Below, piece by piece: positions 30,932-42,485 of a stretch of 64,000 bases of DNA. How positions within the stretch are numbered: position 1 is the first letter of the stretch; every line of letters begins with the position of its first letter. A model generated the notes under the pieces. That model searched no databases. It worked only from the letters and a program-made list of their open reading frames with translations, and was not told the origin of the DNA. This stretch comes from Burkholderiaceae bacterium (GTDB taxonomy: Bacteria; Pseudomonadota; Gammaproteobacteria; Burkholderiales; Burkholderiaceae), in the NCBI GenBank assembly GCA_947462685.1, contig CANHPL010000007.1, forward strand, positions 1,152 to 65,151, in the 5' to 3' direction. The translations under genes and the position numbers were made by a program.

Positions 30932-31396
30932 TTAAATATGAGCCTGATCAACCACTTCCGGAGGAGCTTGAACCAATTCAATTAATACCCCAAAGCCAGA
31001 AATCGGAAATTGGTCATTACTTTTGGGATGAATAAAGATAATGTCATGACCATCTCCACCGCGTCGAATGCCCCCAGGAGCAAAGCGAACACCATGCGCA
31101 GTTAACCATTCAACAGCTAATGGCAAGTTATCTACCCACAAACCAATATGATTCAATGGGGTTGTATGAACAGCAGGTTTTTTATCAGGATCTAACGGTT
31201 GCATTAAATCAAACTCAATGGGGTGAGCGCCACCTCCAATTGTAAAAATATCTTCATCAACATTTTCTTTTTCAGAGATAAAGTTGGACTTAAACGTAAA
31301 GCCAAGCATATCGTGCCAAAGGGTTTTTATTTCATTTTTATTAAGGGCACCAATAGCAACTTGTTGAAGGCCTAAAATTTTAAATGGTCTTTGCAT
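30932..31396 (-). CDS. VOC/glyoxalase-fold protein, probable methylmalonyl-CoA epimerase
   Basis: VOC-type sequence (LQQVAIGA.., HIGLWVD). It is the last gene of the mcm-meaB-pccB-pccA run. My preferred start is ATG at 31396, preceded by AAGGAG (31410..31405); the ORF track starts at 31414. Confidence 0.6.
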   Translation of the reverse strand: MQRPFKILGLQQVAIGALNKNEIKTLWHDMLGFTFKSNFISEKENVDEDIFTIGGGAHPIEFDLMQPLDPDKKPAVHTTPLNHIGLWVDNLPLAVEWLTAHGVRFAPGGIRRGGDGHDIIFIHPKSNDQFPISGFGVLIELVQAPPEVVDQAHI

Positions 31397-31397
31397 C

Positions 31398-33419
31398 TTA
31401 TAACTCCTTATCAAAGCGGATAATCATTTGATCAACAGATAAACTTTCACCTTGTTTAGCCAAAATTTGTGCAACAACTCCTTCATGTTGGGCCAACATG
31501 ACATTTTCCATTTTCATAGCCTCAATGATGACTAGTTTCTGTCCAACCTGTACCTTCTGACCAACTTCAACAGATACCTCAGAAAGCAATCCCGGCATCG
31601 GTGAAAGAAGATATTGAGACATATCTGGTGGCGCTTTAAAAGGCATGAGTTTTTGTAATTCAGCCTTACTTCGAGACATCACCATTGCCTGAAAACTAAT
31701 ACCATTGTATAAGAGTTCATAAAAAACAGATTGTCGATTTACTTGTAAAACAATCGGGAAATTATTCACATATCCTTCAAAGATGATTTCACCTGGACGC
31801 CAATTACTGATGATGTCAAACTTTTTATCTTGAATAATTACGTGATCGTCACCCCCATCTGCTTCGATTCCAATAGGAATGTATTCTTGTTTGCCATGCT
31901 CACCAACCACAACGGTCAATTGATTCGGCATTAGTGAAGCATGTCCTTCTAACTGACCCGTAATATTTCCAGATCGATTGAGATATTGCAAATGAATCGA
32001 CCCAGTAATCGCACACAACAATAATTTGGTCTCGTCATCTAAATTAGCCCCCATAAAACCTTGAGGAAAGTATTTCCCAATAAATCCAGTATTGATTTGT
32101 CCTGACTGAAAATCAGGATGTTGCATCAGCGTTGCTTGAAACGGTATATTCGAATCAATTCCCTGAATCACAAACTGATTCAAAGCTATTTGCATTTTGC
32201 CAATGGCTTCATTACGCGTACTACCGTGGGTAATTAATTTAGCAATCATTGAGTCGTAGAACATTGGGATTTCACCACCTTCATAAACCCCTGTATCGAC
32301 CCTAACTCCATCAGATATCGGAGGAGGTTGATATTTGACTAATCGACCTGTCGATGGCAGAAATTGTCGATAAGGGTCTTCAGCATTGATTCGGCACTCA
32401 ATGGCCCAACCATTTCGCTGAATGTCTTTTTGTTCAAAAGTCAGTTTCTCCCCAGCAGCAACCCGAATCATTTGCTCCACCAAGTCTAAACCTGTAATCA
32501 TTTCAGTTACAGGATGCTCAACTTGAAGACGTGTATTCATTTCTAAAAAATAAAATGACTGATCTTTACCAACTACAAATTCAACAGTTCCAGCAGATTG
32601 ATATTGAACGGCTCGCGCTAATGCGACAGCTTGCTCACCCATCGCTGCACGTGTTTGTTCACTGATAAAAGGGGATGGCGCTTCTTCAATCACTTTTTGA
32701 TGTCTTCTTTGAATTGAACACTCCCGCTCCCACAAATACACAATATTGCCAAAAGAATCACCCAAAATTTGAATCTCAATATGTCTCGGCTCTTCTACAA
32801 ACTTTTCTATAAAAATACGATCATCACCAAAAGAGTTTCTTGCTTCATTTTGGCAAGATGTGAATCCATCAAATGTTTCTTGATCGTTATAAGCGACCCG
32901 AAGACCCTTACCTCCTCCTCCAGCAGATGCTTTAATCATGACTGGATAACCAATTGTTTTGGCAATACCGACTGCAAGATCTGCATTTCCAATAGCCTCA
33001 TTGTGCCCCGGTATCGTATTAACTTTTGCTTTTTCAGCTAATTTTTTGGAAGCGATTTTGTCACCCATAGCCGCAATGGAATGATGCTTTGGACCTATAA
33101 ATACAATCCCCTGCTCTTCAACAATTCGGGCAAACTCTTCATTTTCTGAAAGAAAACCGTAACCTGGATGAATCGCTTGTGCTCCCGTAGCTTTACAAGC
33201 CTCGATAATATGATTCATTACCAAATAAGATTCTCTAGAGGGTGCAGGGCCAATGCAAACCGCCTCGTCAGCTAATTCCACATGACGCGCTTCTTGATCT
33301 GCTTCTGAATAAACCGCAACCGTTTTAATGCCCATTTTTTTGGCTGTATTAATAATTCGGCAAGCAATTTCACCACGATTTGCTATTAGTATTTTTTGAA
33401 ACATCATGTTTTTCCCCAT
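31398..33419 (-). CDS. pccA: Propionyl-CoA carboxylase alpha subunit (biotin carboxylase + BCCP domains)
   Basis: KILIANRGEIA N-terminus, an ATP-grasp region and C-terminal biotinylation motif EAMKME. Next to pccB. Confidence 0.9.
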   Translation of the reverse strand: MGKNMMFQKILIANRGEIACRIINTAKKMGIKTVAVYSEADQEARHVELADEAVCIGPAPSRESYLVMNHIIEACKATGAQAIHPGYGFLSENEEFARIVEEQGIVFIGPKHHSIAAMGDKIASKKLAEKAKVNTIPGHNEAIGNADLAVGIAKTIGYPVMIKASAGGGGKGLRVAYNDQETFDGFTSCQNEARNSFGDDRIFIEKFVEEPRHIEIQILGDSFGNIVYLWERECSIQRRHQKVIEEAPSPFISEQTRAAMGEQAVALARAVQYQSAGTVEFVVGKDQSFYFLEMNTRLQVEHPVTEMITGLDLVEQMIRVAAGEKLTFEQKDIQRNGWAIECRINAEDPYRQFLPSTGRLVKYQPPPISDGVRVDTGVYEGGEIPMFYDSMIAKLITHGSTRNEAIGKMQIALNQFVIQGIDSNIPFQATLMQHPDFQSGQINTGFIGKYFPQGFMGANLDDETKLLLCAITGSIHLQYLNRSGNITGQLEGHASLMPNQLTVVVGEHGKQEYIPIGIEADGGDDHVIIQDKKFDIISNWRPGEIIFEGYVNNFPIVLQVNRQSVFYELLYNGISFQAMVMSRSKAELQKLMPFKAPPDMSQYLLSPMPGLLSEVSVEVGQKVQVGQKLVIIEAMKMENVMLAQHEGVVAQILAKQGESLSVDQMIIRFDKEL

Positions 33420-33425
33420 CCGAAT

Positions 33426-34958
33426 TTATAGTGGAATATTGTCGTGTTTACGCCAAGGATTTTCGAGCTCTTTGTTCTGGAGCATCACTAAGGACCTAGA
33501 AATGCGTTTTCTTGTTTCATTAGGCATAATGACATCATCGATATAACCTCTGCGCCCTGCTACAAAAGGATTTGCGAATTTCGCCTTATATTGAGATTCC
33601 CTTGCCGCCAACTTTTCAGGATCTGATTTTTCATCACGAAAAATGATTTCTACTGCTCCCTTTGGCCCCATTACCGCAATCTCAGCTGATGGCCAAGCAA
33701 AATTCACATCGCCTCGTAAATGTTTCGAAGACATCACGTCATAAGCACCACCATAAGCTTTCCTGGTAATCACAGTAATTTTTGGTACGGTACATTCTGC
33801 ATATGCAAATAAAAGTTTTGCACCATGCTTAATAATGCCTCCATATTCTTGTGATGTCCCAGGCATAAATCCAGGAACATCAACAAAGGTAATGACTGGT
33901 ATATTGAATGCATCACAAAAACGTACAAAACGTGCTGCTTTAATAGAGGATTTAATATCTAAACAGCCTGCTAATACGAGGGGCTGATTGGCAACTATAC
34001 CGATTGTTTGCCCATCGATTCGGCCAAAACCAATAATGATATTTTTTGCATAATCGGGTTGAATTTCAAAAAAATCACCATCATCAACCGTCTTCAAAAT
34101 CAGCTCTTTCATGTCATAGGGCTTATTTGGATTACTTGGTACTAAAGTATCTAATGAATAATCAATCAGGTCTGAGACAGAAGAGCTTGGGCGATATGGT
34201 GGTTTTTCACGATTAGACAAAGGTAAGTAATTGAAAAATCTACGTAACATTAAAATCGCTTCAACATCATTTTCAAAGACACGATCACACACTCCTGACT
34301 TCGTCGAATGAGTTAAAGCCCCACCCAACTCTTCTGCGGTCACTTCTTCGTGAGTCACAGTTTTCACGACCTCTGGTCCTGTCACAAACATATAAGAGCT
34401 GTCTTTGACCATGAAGATGAAATCTGTAAGCGCTGGTGAATATACCGCCCCTCCAGCACAAGGTCCCATAATCAATGAAATTTGTGGAATGACTCCAGAG
34501 GCTGTTACGTTCCTCTGAAATATTTCAGCATACCCACCTAATGAAGCAACTCCTTCTTGAATTCTTGCACCACCTGAGTCATTTAAGCCAATTACTGGTG
34601 CGCCAACTTTCATGGCTTGATCCATAATTTTGCATATTTTTTCCGCATGAGCTTCAGAAAGTGAACCGCCAAATACAGTGAAATCTTGAGAAAAAACAAA
34701 CACTAATCGGCCATTAATCATGCCATAACCAGTCACGACACCATCGCTGGGCACTGACTCATCTGCCATATTAAAATCTGTACAACGATGTTCTACAAAC
34801 ATATCCCACTCTTCAAAGGAATTTTCATCGAGTAATAAATGAATCCGTTCGCGAGCAGTTAATTTACCTTTCTGATGTTGCGCCTGGATCCGCTTTTGTC
34901 CTCCCCCAAGATAGGCTTGTTCTCGCTTTGCTTCTAACTGTTTGATGATATCTTTCAT
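33426..34958 (-). CDS. pccB: Propionyl-CoA carboxylase beta subunit (carboxyltransferase)
   Basis: 510 aa with the typical [23 protein letters not shown]-terminus and paired crotonase-like CT domains. Confidence 0.93.
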   Translation of the reverse strand: MKDIIKQLEAKREQAYLGGGQKRIQAQHQKGKLTARERIHLLLDENSFEEWDMFVEHRCTDFNMADESVPSDGVVTGYGMINGRLVFVFSQDFTVFGGSLSEAHAEKICKIMDQAMKVGAPVIGLNDSGGARIQEGVASLGGYAEIFQRNVTASGVIPQISLIMGPCAGGAVYSPALTDFIFMVKDSSYMFVTGPEVVKTVTHEEVTAEELGGALTHSTKSGVCDRVFENDVEAILMLRRFFNYLPLSNREKPPYRPSSSVSDLIDYSLDTLVPSNPNKPYDMKELILKTVDDGDFFEIQPDYAKNIIIGFGRIDGQTIGIVANQPLVLAGCLDIKSSIKAARFVRFCDAFNIPVITFVDVPGFMPGTSQEYGGIIKHGAKLLFAYAECTVPKITVITRKAYGGAYDVMSSKHLRGDVNFAWPSAEIAVMGPKGAVEIIFRDEKSDPEKLAARESQYKAKFANPFVAGRRGYIDDVIMPNETRKRISRSLVMLQNKELENPWRKHDNIPL

Positions 34959-34960
34959 AA

Positions 34961-36001
34961 TTACGCCTTACGTTTGAAATCAGTTTTGAAAACATCTAAT
35001 ATTTTTCTCGCTGCAACTGATGCAGCGATTGAACCCTGTTCAACTTGTTGTTGTAATTCTGGCAATAGCGCAGATACTCCAGCATGTTCTTTAAATTCTT
35101 GAGACAAGCCAGATTGGATTCGCTCCCACAACCATGTTTTAGATTGATTCATACGCCTTTGAATAAAAGATCCATTCGATTGCTGGATATCTTGAAACTC
35201 TTTCATCTTTTGCCAAAGTCCCTCAACCCCAGAACCTTCAAGAGCACTGATAGACATGACTTGTGGACTCCAGCACGAAGTATGAAGCGATGGATGCTCA
35301 GCATGGCCGTGTTGGCTAAATATTCGAAGGGAGCCAACAATATGAGCCATTGCTCGCGTCGCGGCATCTGCATCGATATCAGCTTTATTGACAACAACTA
35401 AGTCAGCAATTTCCATGACACCTTTTTTAATCGCTTGTAAATCATCTCCAGCATTCGGTAATTGAAGAAGTACAAACATATCAGTCATTTTTGATACCGC
35501 AATTTCGCTTTGGCCGACACCTACTGTTTCTACCAAAACAATGTCATATCCTGCTGCCTCACAAACGAGCATCGTTTCTCTTGTTTTTTCTGCTACCCCT
35601 CCCAAATTACCGGACGATGGCGTTGGGCGAATAAATGCATTGGGGTGAACCGATAAATGCTCCATACGAGTTTTATCACCAAGAATAGACCCCCCTGAAA
35701 TGCTCGAAGAAGGATCTATTGCTAATACTGCAACACGATGACCTTGAGCAATTAAATATAAGCCTATGGACTCAATTAAAGTCGATTTACCAACTCCAGG
35801 AACCCCTGAAATACCGATACGAAAGGATTTTCCTGATGAAGAAATCAACTCATTCAAGATTTGATCTGACTCTATTCTATGACTCGACTTGGTGGACTCA
35901 ATTAAGGTAATAATCTTTGCAAGTGATCGGCGAGCTACCGTATTCACCTGTTCCCGACCGCTTAATAAGTCAGTCACTAAAGGATGAGAGTGATCCATCA
36001 T
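34961..36001 (-). CDS. meaB: Methylmalonyl-CoA mutase-associated G-protein chaperone MeaB (ArgK)
   Basis: P-loop [18 protein letters not shown] and NKADI motifs. Lies 3 nt downstream of the mutase. Confidence 0.93.
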   Translation of the reverse strand: MMDHSHPLVTDLLSGREQVNTVARRSLAKIITLIESTKSSHRIESDQILNELISSSGKSFRIGISGVPGVGKSTLIESIGLYLIAQGHRVAVLAIDPSSSISGGSILGDKTRMEHLSVHPNAFIRPTPSSGNLGGVAEKTRETMLVCEAAGYDIVLVETVGVGQSEIAVSKMTDMFVLLQLPNAGDDLQAIKKGVMEIADLVVVNKADIDADAATRAMAHIVGSLRIFSQHGHAEHPSLHTSCWSPQVMSISALEGSGVEGLWQKMKEFQDIQQSNGSFIQRRMNQSKTWLWERIQSGLSQEFKEHAGVSALLPELQQQVEQGSIAASVAARKILDVFKTDFKRKA

Positions 36002-36004
36002 GAA

Positions 36005-38203
36005 TTATTTTGTTGATTCTAGGGCTTTACGAATATGCTCTAAAACATCTTTAGCAGATGCAGGTATTGGAGTACCTGGACCGTATATACCTTTGACACC
36101 TGCTTCATATAAAAACTCGTAATCTTGCTTTGGTATTACTCCTCCGACAAACACTACGATATCTCTTCCACCTTGACGATGTAATTCTTCAATGATTGCT
36201 GGAACTAATGTATTGTGACCCGCCGCCAAGGTCGAGATTCCTACCGCATGTACGTCGTTTTCAATCGCTTGTCTTGCACACTCGTCAGGAGTTTGAAACA
36301 AAGGCCCCATATCAACATCAAAACCCAAATCTGCAAATGCGGTAGCGACTACTTTTGCCCCACGATCATGGCCATCTTGCCCCAACTTTGCGATCATCAC
36401 TCTAGGGCGGCGACCAAACTCATCACCAAATTGTGCTATTTCATATTGTAATTTTCCCCAACCCTCGGCTGAATCATAAGCAGCAGCATACACACCGGTC
36501 ACCTTTTGCGTATCGGCACGATGACGACCATACACTTTTTCCAACGCATCAGAAACTTCACCAATCGTTGCTCGGAGTCGTATCGCATCAATTGTTAACT
36601 GTAATAAATTTCCTGACTGATGTTCTGCCGCATCAGTAATCGTTTGCAATGCTTTTGCTACTTTTTCTGAATCCCTGCTTGCTTTAACTGCTTTTAACCT
36701 TGCAATTTGGTTATCTCTAACTTGAATATTATCGACTACCCGAACATCAACCTCGTCCTCTTGATCTAATTGGTATTTGTTGACACCGACTATGACATCT
36801 TTACCAGTATCAATGTTGGCCTGCTTTTGTGCTGCGGCGGCTTCAATTTTTAGCTTTGCCCAGCCACTTTGTACAGCTTTGGTCATACCTCCCATTGCTT
36901 CAACTTCTTGAATGATTTCCCAAGCCTTATCAGCCATATCTTGCGTTAGTTTCTCCATCATATAAGATCCTGCCCAGGGATCAATGACGCTGGTAATATG
37001 TGTTTCTTCTTGAATAATTAACTGGGTATTTCTGGCTATTCGTGATGAAAATTCGGTAGGTAAAGCAATTGCTTCATCAAATGAATTTGTATGTAATGAT
37101 TGGGTACCACCAAACACTGCAGCCATCGCTTCAATGCTGGTTCGAACGATATTGTTATAGGGATCTTGTTCAGTTAGAGACCAGCCAGAAGTCTGGCAAT
37201 GCGTTCTGAGCATCAATGACTTTTGATTCTTAGGAGCAAACTCTTTCATGATCCTCCACCAAAGAATTCGGGCGGCACGCAGTTTAGCCACTTCGAGATA
37301 AAAATTCATGCCAATGGCAAAAAAGAATGACAATCTGCCAGCAAAATCATCAACATCCAAACCCTTATTCAAAGCCGTTTTCACATACTCCTTACCATCT
37401 GCAAGGGTAAAAGCAAGCTCAAGGGACTGGTTGGCACCGGCTTCTTGCATGTGATAACCTGATATTGAAATCGAGTTAAATTTAGGCATATGTTTGGCGG
37501 TATATTCAATAATGTCACCAATAATACGCATGGAAGGTTCTGGTGGGTATATATAAGTATTGCGCACCATGAACTCTTTCAAAATATCATTCTGAATTGT
37601 TCCTGAAAGTTGATTCAGCGCGACACCACTCTCCTCTGCAGCAATGATATATCCAGCCAATATCGGTAATACAGAACCATTCATCGTCATGGAAACGGAG
37701 ACCTTATCCAAAGGAATCTGATCAAAGAGAATTTTCATATCCTCTACAGTGTCAATTGCCACACCCGCTTTTCCAACATCACCAGTTACTCTTGGATGAT
37801 CAGAGTCATAACCACGGTGAGTCGGTAGATCAAATGCCACTGAAATACCCTGGCCACCTCCAGCTAAGGCCTTACGATAAAAAGCATTGGACTCCTCAGC
37901 CGTAGAAAATCCAGCATATTGTCGAATGGTCCATGGTCGTGATGCGTACATCGTTGCTTGTGGACCTCTAACAAAGGGCTCAAAACCAGGCATCGTATTG
38001 GTAAATGGCAATTTTGCAATATCGTCTTGGGTGTATAAAGCTTTCAAAAAAATATCGTCAGGAGTAATCCAACCAAGCCCGTCAGGATTTTTATTCGGTG
38101 CAGATTTAGCTGCTAAGGTCTTCCATTCTTCTCTACTTGTATCTGGAAATCTTGGCCATTGTTGAGGGATTGACGAATGTTCTGACATAAGTTCTTTCTG
38201 CAA
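36005..38203 (-). CDS. mcm: Methylmalonyl-CoA mutase, single-chain large form with C-terminal B12-binding domain
   Basis: 732 aa with the [15 protein letters not shown] block, and a C-terminal [11 protein letters not shown] cobalamin-binding (DxHxxG-type) motif. Confidence 0.95.
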   Translation of the reverse strand: MQKELMSEHSSIPQQWPRFPDTSREEWKTLAAKSAPNKNPDGLGWITPDDIFLKALYTQDDIAKLPFTNTMPGFEPFVRGPQATMYASRPWTIRQYAGFSTAEESNAFYRKALAGGGQGISVAFDLPTHRGYDSDHPRVTGDVGKAGVAIDTVEDMKILFDQIPLDKVSVSMTMNGSVLPILAGYIIAAEESGVALNQLSGTIQNDILKEFMVRNTYIYPPEPSMRIIGDIIEYTAKHMPKFNSISISGYHMQEAGANQSLELAFTLADGKEYVKTALNKGLDVDDFAGRLSFFFAIGMNFYLEVAKLRAARILWWRIMKEFAPKNQKSLMLRTHCQTSGWSLTEQDPYNNIVRTSIEAMAAVFGGTQSLHTNSFDEAIALPTEFSSRIARNTQLIIQEETHITSVIDPWAGSYMMEKLTQDMADKAWEIIQEVEAMGGMTKAVQSGWAKLKIEAAAAQKQANIDTGKDVIVGVNKYQLDQEDEVDVRVVDNIQVRDNQIARLKAVKASRDSEKVAKALQTITDAAEHQSGNLLQLTIDAIRLRATIGEVSDALEKVYGRHRADTQKVTGVYAAAYDSAEGWGKLQYEIAQFGDEFGRRPRVMIAKLGQDGHDRGAKVVATAFADLGFDVDMGPLFQTPDECARQAIENDVHAVGISTLAAGHNTLVPAIIEELHRQGGRDIVVFVGGVIPKQDYEFLYEAGVKGIYGPGTPIPASAKDVLEHIRKALESTK

Positions 38204-38401
38204 ATTAAATTGACATTTTGATTATATGCATAAGAATAACATTGACAACTCAAATAATAAATAGTCAAATGAATTATTAATTATGAATTCAAATTTACAA
38301 TTCAATGTTTAAAATTAAATAACTCTAATTAGAACAATTATAATTTATCAATAAATATCAATAACTTATTTAATTAACCCTATCAATCACTTTATACCTA
38401 T

Positions 38402-39040
38402 ATGAATCAAACCTTGGCTAGTAAACCCCTATATGAAGAAGTAGCTGACCTGATTCGGGAAAAGATATTTACTCATGAACTCGCACCTGGGAGTTGGATT
38501 GATGAAAAATCTCTGACCATTCAATTTGGTATTAGCCGTACTCCCCTTCGAGAAGCTATTAAAGTTCTTGCCTCCGAGGGTCTTATTACCATGAAAATAC
38601 GTCGCGGAGCATATGTTACTGAGGTCGATATAAATGAGATTGCTCAAATATTTCATGTCATTGCACTGCTTGAAGGGAATGCTTGCAAGGAAGTTGCAAG
38701 CTCAGCTACAGATCAACAATTAGAGTTTCTAGATGGGATTCATCTTAAGTTGGAAAAAGCTGCCGCAGATCGGGACATTGATCGTTTTTTTGAATTAAAT
38801 CAGGAATTCCACGACAAAATCCAAGAAATATCAGGTAATCGCTGGATGCGCAAGGTCATAACAGACCTTCGACAAGTACTCAAGTTACAACGTAGAAACT
38901 CGTTAACCAAATTAGGTAGACTCGAACAGTCACTCCAAGAACATAGGCAAATTCTGTCAGCTATTATTGCTAGAAAAGGTGACATAGCTCAGGAATTAAT
39001 GATCAATCACCTTCAACAAGGACAAGTTGCAGCTAGTTGA
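38402..39040 (+). CDS. GntR family transcriptional regulator with FCD ligand domain
   Basis: An N-terminal winged HTH (SRTPLREAIKVLASEGLI) followed by an all-helical FCD-like C-terminal part. Divergent from the mcm operon. Confidence 0.85.
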   Translation: MNQTLASKPLYEEVADLIREKIFTHELAPGSWIDEKSLTIQFGISRTPLREAIKVLASEGLITMKIRRGAYVTEVDINEIAQIFHVIALLEGNACKEVASSATDQQLEFLDGIHLKLEKAAADRDIDRFFELNQEFHDKIQEISGNRWMRKVITDLRQVLKLQRRNSLTKLGRLEQSLQEHRQILSAIIARKGDIAQELMINHLQQGQVAAS

Positions 39041-39042
39041 GA

Positions 39043-39387
39043 CTACTTTTTAAGTACTAAATCTCCAGGCAGCGAAGCAACATAGGCTGCCATATCTTTT
39101 AATTGCGAAAGATTAAATTGCTTTGCTTGTCCAGCCATGATCGCATTGGCACGACCAACTTGTGGATTATTTTCAACTTGATAGGCTTTTAATGCATAAA
39201 AAAGGTAATCTTGATGCTGTCCGGCAATCTTGGGGTAATTAGGGGCAATCGGACTTTTAAGGTCTGGTCCATGACATGATGCACAGTTATTTTTTTCAAC
39301 TAAGGCTTTACCTGATTCAATACTTGCCGCAAAAGAACTAGAAGCAGCAATAAACGATACAGCAACGATTGGCACAAAACGTTTCAT
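39043..39387 (-). CDS. Monohaem class I cytochrome c (signal peptide)
   Basis: 114 aa with a signal peptide, haem motif CASCH and a distal Met region. Confidence 0.8.
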   Translation of the reverse strand: MKRFVPIVAVSFIAASSSFAASIESGKALVEKNNCASCHGPDLKSPIAPNYPKIAGQHQDYLFYALKAYQVENNPQVGRANAIMAGQAKQFNLSQLKDMAAYVASLPGDLVLKK

Positions 39388-39410
39388 ATTTAACCTTTCA
39401 AATACATTTC

Positions 39411-39788
39411 TTATTTAAGCTTATTGGCTTTAGTTTGAGAATTTTGCGCAGCGTAATAAGCTGCTAAATCAGCCATATCTTGATCTGATAATGACCCAGC
39501 AACACTGCGCATTGTAGGGTGTTTTCTTTCGCCTTTTTTATATGCTTGAAGCGCGGCAACAATATAACCAGGTGATTGACCGCCAATCAAAGGTACCGTA
39601 TAAATTTCAGGGACTGAAGAACGATAGCCAGGAATTGCATGACATCCTGCGCAGAGTCTAGTATTTTTAGCGCCTTGCTCAGCATTGCCTTGAATTTCGG
39701 CTGCTTGAACTGACCAATTGAGTGCTGCAAGGGAAAAAGACAGAGAAAGTATTAATTTTGTAGTGGCTATAACTTGGATTTTCATCAT
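39411..39788 (-). CDS. Monohaem class I cytochrome c (signal peptide)
   Basis: 125 aa with a signal peptide and haem motif CAGCH. In tandem with the preceding cytochrome c. Confidence 0.8.
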   Translation of the reverse strand: MMKIQVIATTKLILSLSFSLAALNWSVQAAEIQGNAEQGAKNTRLCAGCHAIPGYRSSVPEIYTVPLIGGQSPGYIVAALQAYKKGERKHPTMRSVAGSLSDQDMADLAAYYAAQNSQTKANKLK

Positions 39789-39905
39789 TTTTAATCTAAT
39801 TTAAAAAACAAACTTTATAAGATAATAGTATAGAGGATAAGTGTGTATGAGGAGATCATTTGTTGAAATCCAGCAAATTACAACAGATTTAATTAAGGAT
39901 TATTA

Positions 39906-40763
39906 ATGATAAATAGCGTTCCAAGCTTTCAGGGCTCAATAAGTTATGTAGCAACAGATGATTTAAAAATGGCAGTCAATGCGGCAATTACTTTACAACG
40001 TCCACTTCTAATAAAGGGTGAGCCGGGGACTGGTAAAACGATGTTAGCCGAAGAAGTGGCGGCTTCTTTAGGTATGCCTTTACTTCAGTGGCATATCAAA
40101 TCAACCACGAAGGCCCAACAGGGTCTTTATGAATATGACGCCGTAAGTCGCTTGCGAGATTCTCAACTGGGTGACAATAAGGTTCAAGATATACGTAATT
40201 ACATTGTTCAGGGTATTTTATGGCAAGCATTTACTGCTTCCGAACCAACTGTCTTATTAATTGACGAGATTGATAAGGCTGACATCGAGTTTCCAAATGA
40301 CTTACTGAGAGAATTAGATCGTATGGAATTTTTTGTGTATGAAACCCGAGAAATGATTCGAGCAATTTATCGTCCTTTGGTGATCATTACATCGAATAAC
40401 GAAAAAGAATTGCCAGATGCTTTTTTACGTCGTTGCTTTTTTCACTATATTGCATTCCCCGACCCAGTGACTATGCAAAAAATCGTTGATGTGCATCACC
40501 CCAACATCAAAAAAGATCTTCTAGCAACAGCACTGCAAACGTTTTATGAGGTTAGAAATCTCCCTGGATTAAAGAAAAAACCCTCAACTTCTGAACTTAT
40601 CGATTGGCTCAAACTACTCATGGCTGAAGATTTATCTGCCGATGATCTCAAAAGTAAAGATGGAAAAGCATCAATCCCACCACTTCATGGGGCTCTATTA
40701 AAAAATGAGCAAGATGTGCACTTATTTGAACGATTAATTTTTATGAATCGTCAAAATCGATAA
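39906..40763 (+). CDS. MoxR-type AAA+ ATPase (CbbQ/NirQ/NorQ-like)
   Basis: Walker A GEPGTGKT and Walker B LLIDEIDK are present, and 285 aa length. Followed by a VWA/CoxE-like partner gene. Confidence 0.88.
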   Translation: MINSVPSFQGSISYVATDDLKMAVNAAITLQRPLLIKGEPGTGKTMLAEEVAASLGMPLLQWHIKSTTKAQQGLYEYDAVSRLRDSQLGDNKVQDIRNYIVQGILWQAFTASEPTVLLIDEIDKADIEFPNDLLRELDRMEFFVYETREMIRAIYRPLVIITSNNEKELPDAFLRRCFFHYIAFPDPVTMQKIVDVHHPNIKKDLLATALQTFYEVRNLPGLKKKPSTSELIDWLKLLMAEDLSADDLKSKDGKASIPPLHGALLKNEQDVHLFERLIFMNRQNR

Positions 40764-40772
40764 AGTATCCTG

Positions 40773-41948
40773 ATGCTCATCGACTTCTTCTACGCTTTAA
40801 AAAAATCGAAAATACCTGTTTCGATTCAAGAGTTTTTAACCTTGTTAGATGCTTTAAAGCAGCAAGTGATCCCTCCTTCGATTAATGATTTCTACTACCT
40901 TGCGCGGATGACTCTCATCAAAGATGAGAAATTTTATGACCGTTTTGATAAAACCTTTGGTGCCTATTTCACTGGAATTGAAAATCTTCTTGAACTCTAC
41001 CCAGATATTCCCCTCGAATGGTTAGAAGAAAAGCTAAAGCGTGATCTGACTCCAGAAGAAAAAAACGCGTTAGAGAAGTTTGCTAGTCCAGAGGAACTCA
41101 TCAAACGTTTAAAAGAGTTATTAGATGAACAAAAAGAACGTCATGAAGGCGGAAATAAATGGATAGGGACTGGTGGCGCTTCGGCTTTTGGCAATAATGG
41201 CTATCACCCTGAAGGTGTTCGTATCGGGGGTAAATCAGCCGGCAATCGAACTGCCATCAAGGTGTGGGATGAACGCCGTTTTGCTGACTATGACGACTCT
41301 GTTGAGTTAGGTACCAGAAATGTCAAAATTGCTTTGAGACGTCTTCGACGTTTTGCGAGACAAGGCCAGCAAACTGAGTTGGATCTTGATCAAACAATTA
41401 CTGCGACTGCCACCAATGCTGGGTTTTTAGATATCAAAATGCGCCCCGAAAGACACAATCAAGTTAAAGTTCTTCTGTTAATGGATGTTGGTGGCTCCAT
41501 GGATGATCATATCGTACGTGTTGAAGAGCTTTTCTCAGCAGCCAGTTCTGAATTTAAACACTTAGAATATTATTATTTTCACAACTGTTTATATGACTTT
41601 GTATGGAAAAATAATCGTCGCAGAACCGTTGAAAAAATACCCACGATCGATATTCTTCGAAAGTATGGATCAGACTATAAATTGATTTTTGTTGGTGATG
41701 CGACAATGAGCCCTTATGAAATCTTGGCGGTGGGAGGATCTGTTGAGTACGCGAATAATGAACCTGGCGCTACCTGGATCAATCGTATGTTAGACCACTT
41801 TAAACACCATGCTTGGCTCAATCCAGAACCCGAACATGTTTGGCAGTATCGACAATCGGTTTCCATTATCAAAGATCTCATGAAATCAAAAATGTACCCT
41901 GTCACTATTCAAGGCCTTGAAAGCGCAATGAGAGATTTATCAAAATAA
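40773..41948 (+). CDS. VWA domain protein (CoxE-like), partner of the MoxR ATPase
   Basis: 391 aa with the MIDAS-like LLMDVGGSMD motif. Lies 9 nt downstream of the AAA+ gene. Confidence 0.8.
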   Translation: MLIDFFYALKKSKIPVSIQEFLTLLDALKQQVIPPSINDFYYLARMTLIKDEKFYDRFDKTFGAYFTGIENLLELYPDIPLEWLEEKLKRDLTPEEKNALEKFASPEELIKRLKELLDEQKERHEGGNKWIGTGGASAFGNNGYHPEGVRIGGKSAGNRTAIKVWDERRFADYDDSVELGTRNVKIALRRLRRFARQGQQTELDLDQTITATATNAGFLDIKMRPERHNQVKVLLLMDVGGSMDDHIVRVEELFSAASSEFKHLEYYYFHNCLYDFVWKNNRRRTVEKIPTIDILRKYGSDYKLIFVGDATMSPYEILAVGGSVEYANNEPGATWINRMLDHFKHHAWLNPEPEHVWQYRQSVSIIKDLMKSKMYPVTIQGLESAMRDLSK

Positions 41949-41996
41949 AACATTATCATGGAGCTATAAGCTAAACTCAATCCATAGGAGTCTCAG

Positions 41997-42485
41997 ATGA
42001 ACCGAATGATTAATACACCCTCACTTTTAACTCAACGTATCAAAGCGCTAGGCATCAATATTCCAAAAGCAAGTGCACCAGCAGCGTCTTATGTCATGGC
42101 AAGCCATGTCGGAAATATGGTCTATGTCTCAGGACATATCGCCAAAAAGAATAATCAAGTATGGGTTGGCAAGCTTGGTTTAAATATGACCACGGATGAG
42201 GGTAAATTAGCCGCTCGCACAGTAGCTATAGATATCCTTGCAACTTTAGATAAGCATTTAGGTGATTTGGATCTTGTGGAGCGCATCATTAAGGTAACTA
42301 GCTTAGTCAACTCCACTTCTGAATACACGGAACAACATCTCGTAACCAATGGTTGTTCAGATTTATTGCTAGAAGTATTTGGGGATGCTGGCAAACATGC
42401 AAGAAGCGCATTTGGTGTCGCTCAATTACCACTTGGTGCTTGTGTGGAAATTGAGCTTATCGCGGAAATTCGAAATTTTATTTAA
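41997..42485 (+). CDS. RidA/YjgF family protein
   Basis: 162 aa with the YjgF-like core (VYVSGHIA ... VEIELIAE). Confidence 0.75.
   Translation: MNRMINTPSLLTQRIKALGINIPKASAPAASYVMASHVGNMVYVSGHIAKKNNQVWVGKLGLNMTTDEGKLAARTVAIDILATLDKHLGDLDLVERIIKVTSLVNSTSEYTEQHLVTNGCSDLLLEVFGDAGKHARSAFGVAQLPLGACVEIELIAEIRNFI

Noticed and set aside
39847-39906. 19-codon upstream ORF (MRRSFVEIQQITTDLIKDY) whose stop overlaps the MoxR start (TAATG)
   Set aside because: It has no RBS upstream and no recognisable leader-peptide logic. It is plausible by chance in AT-rich DNA.
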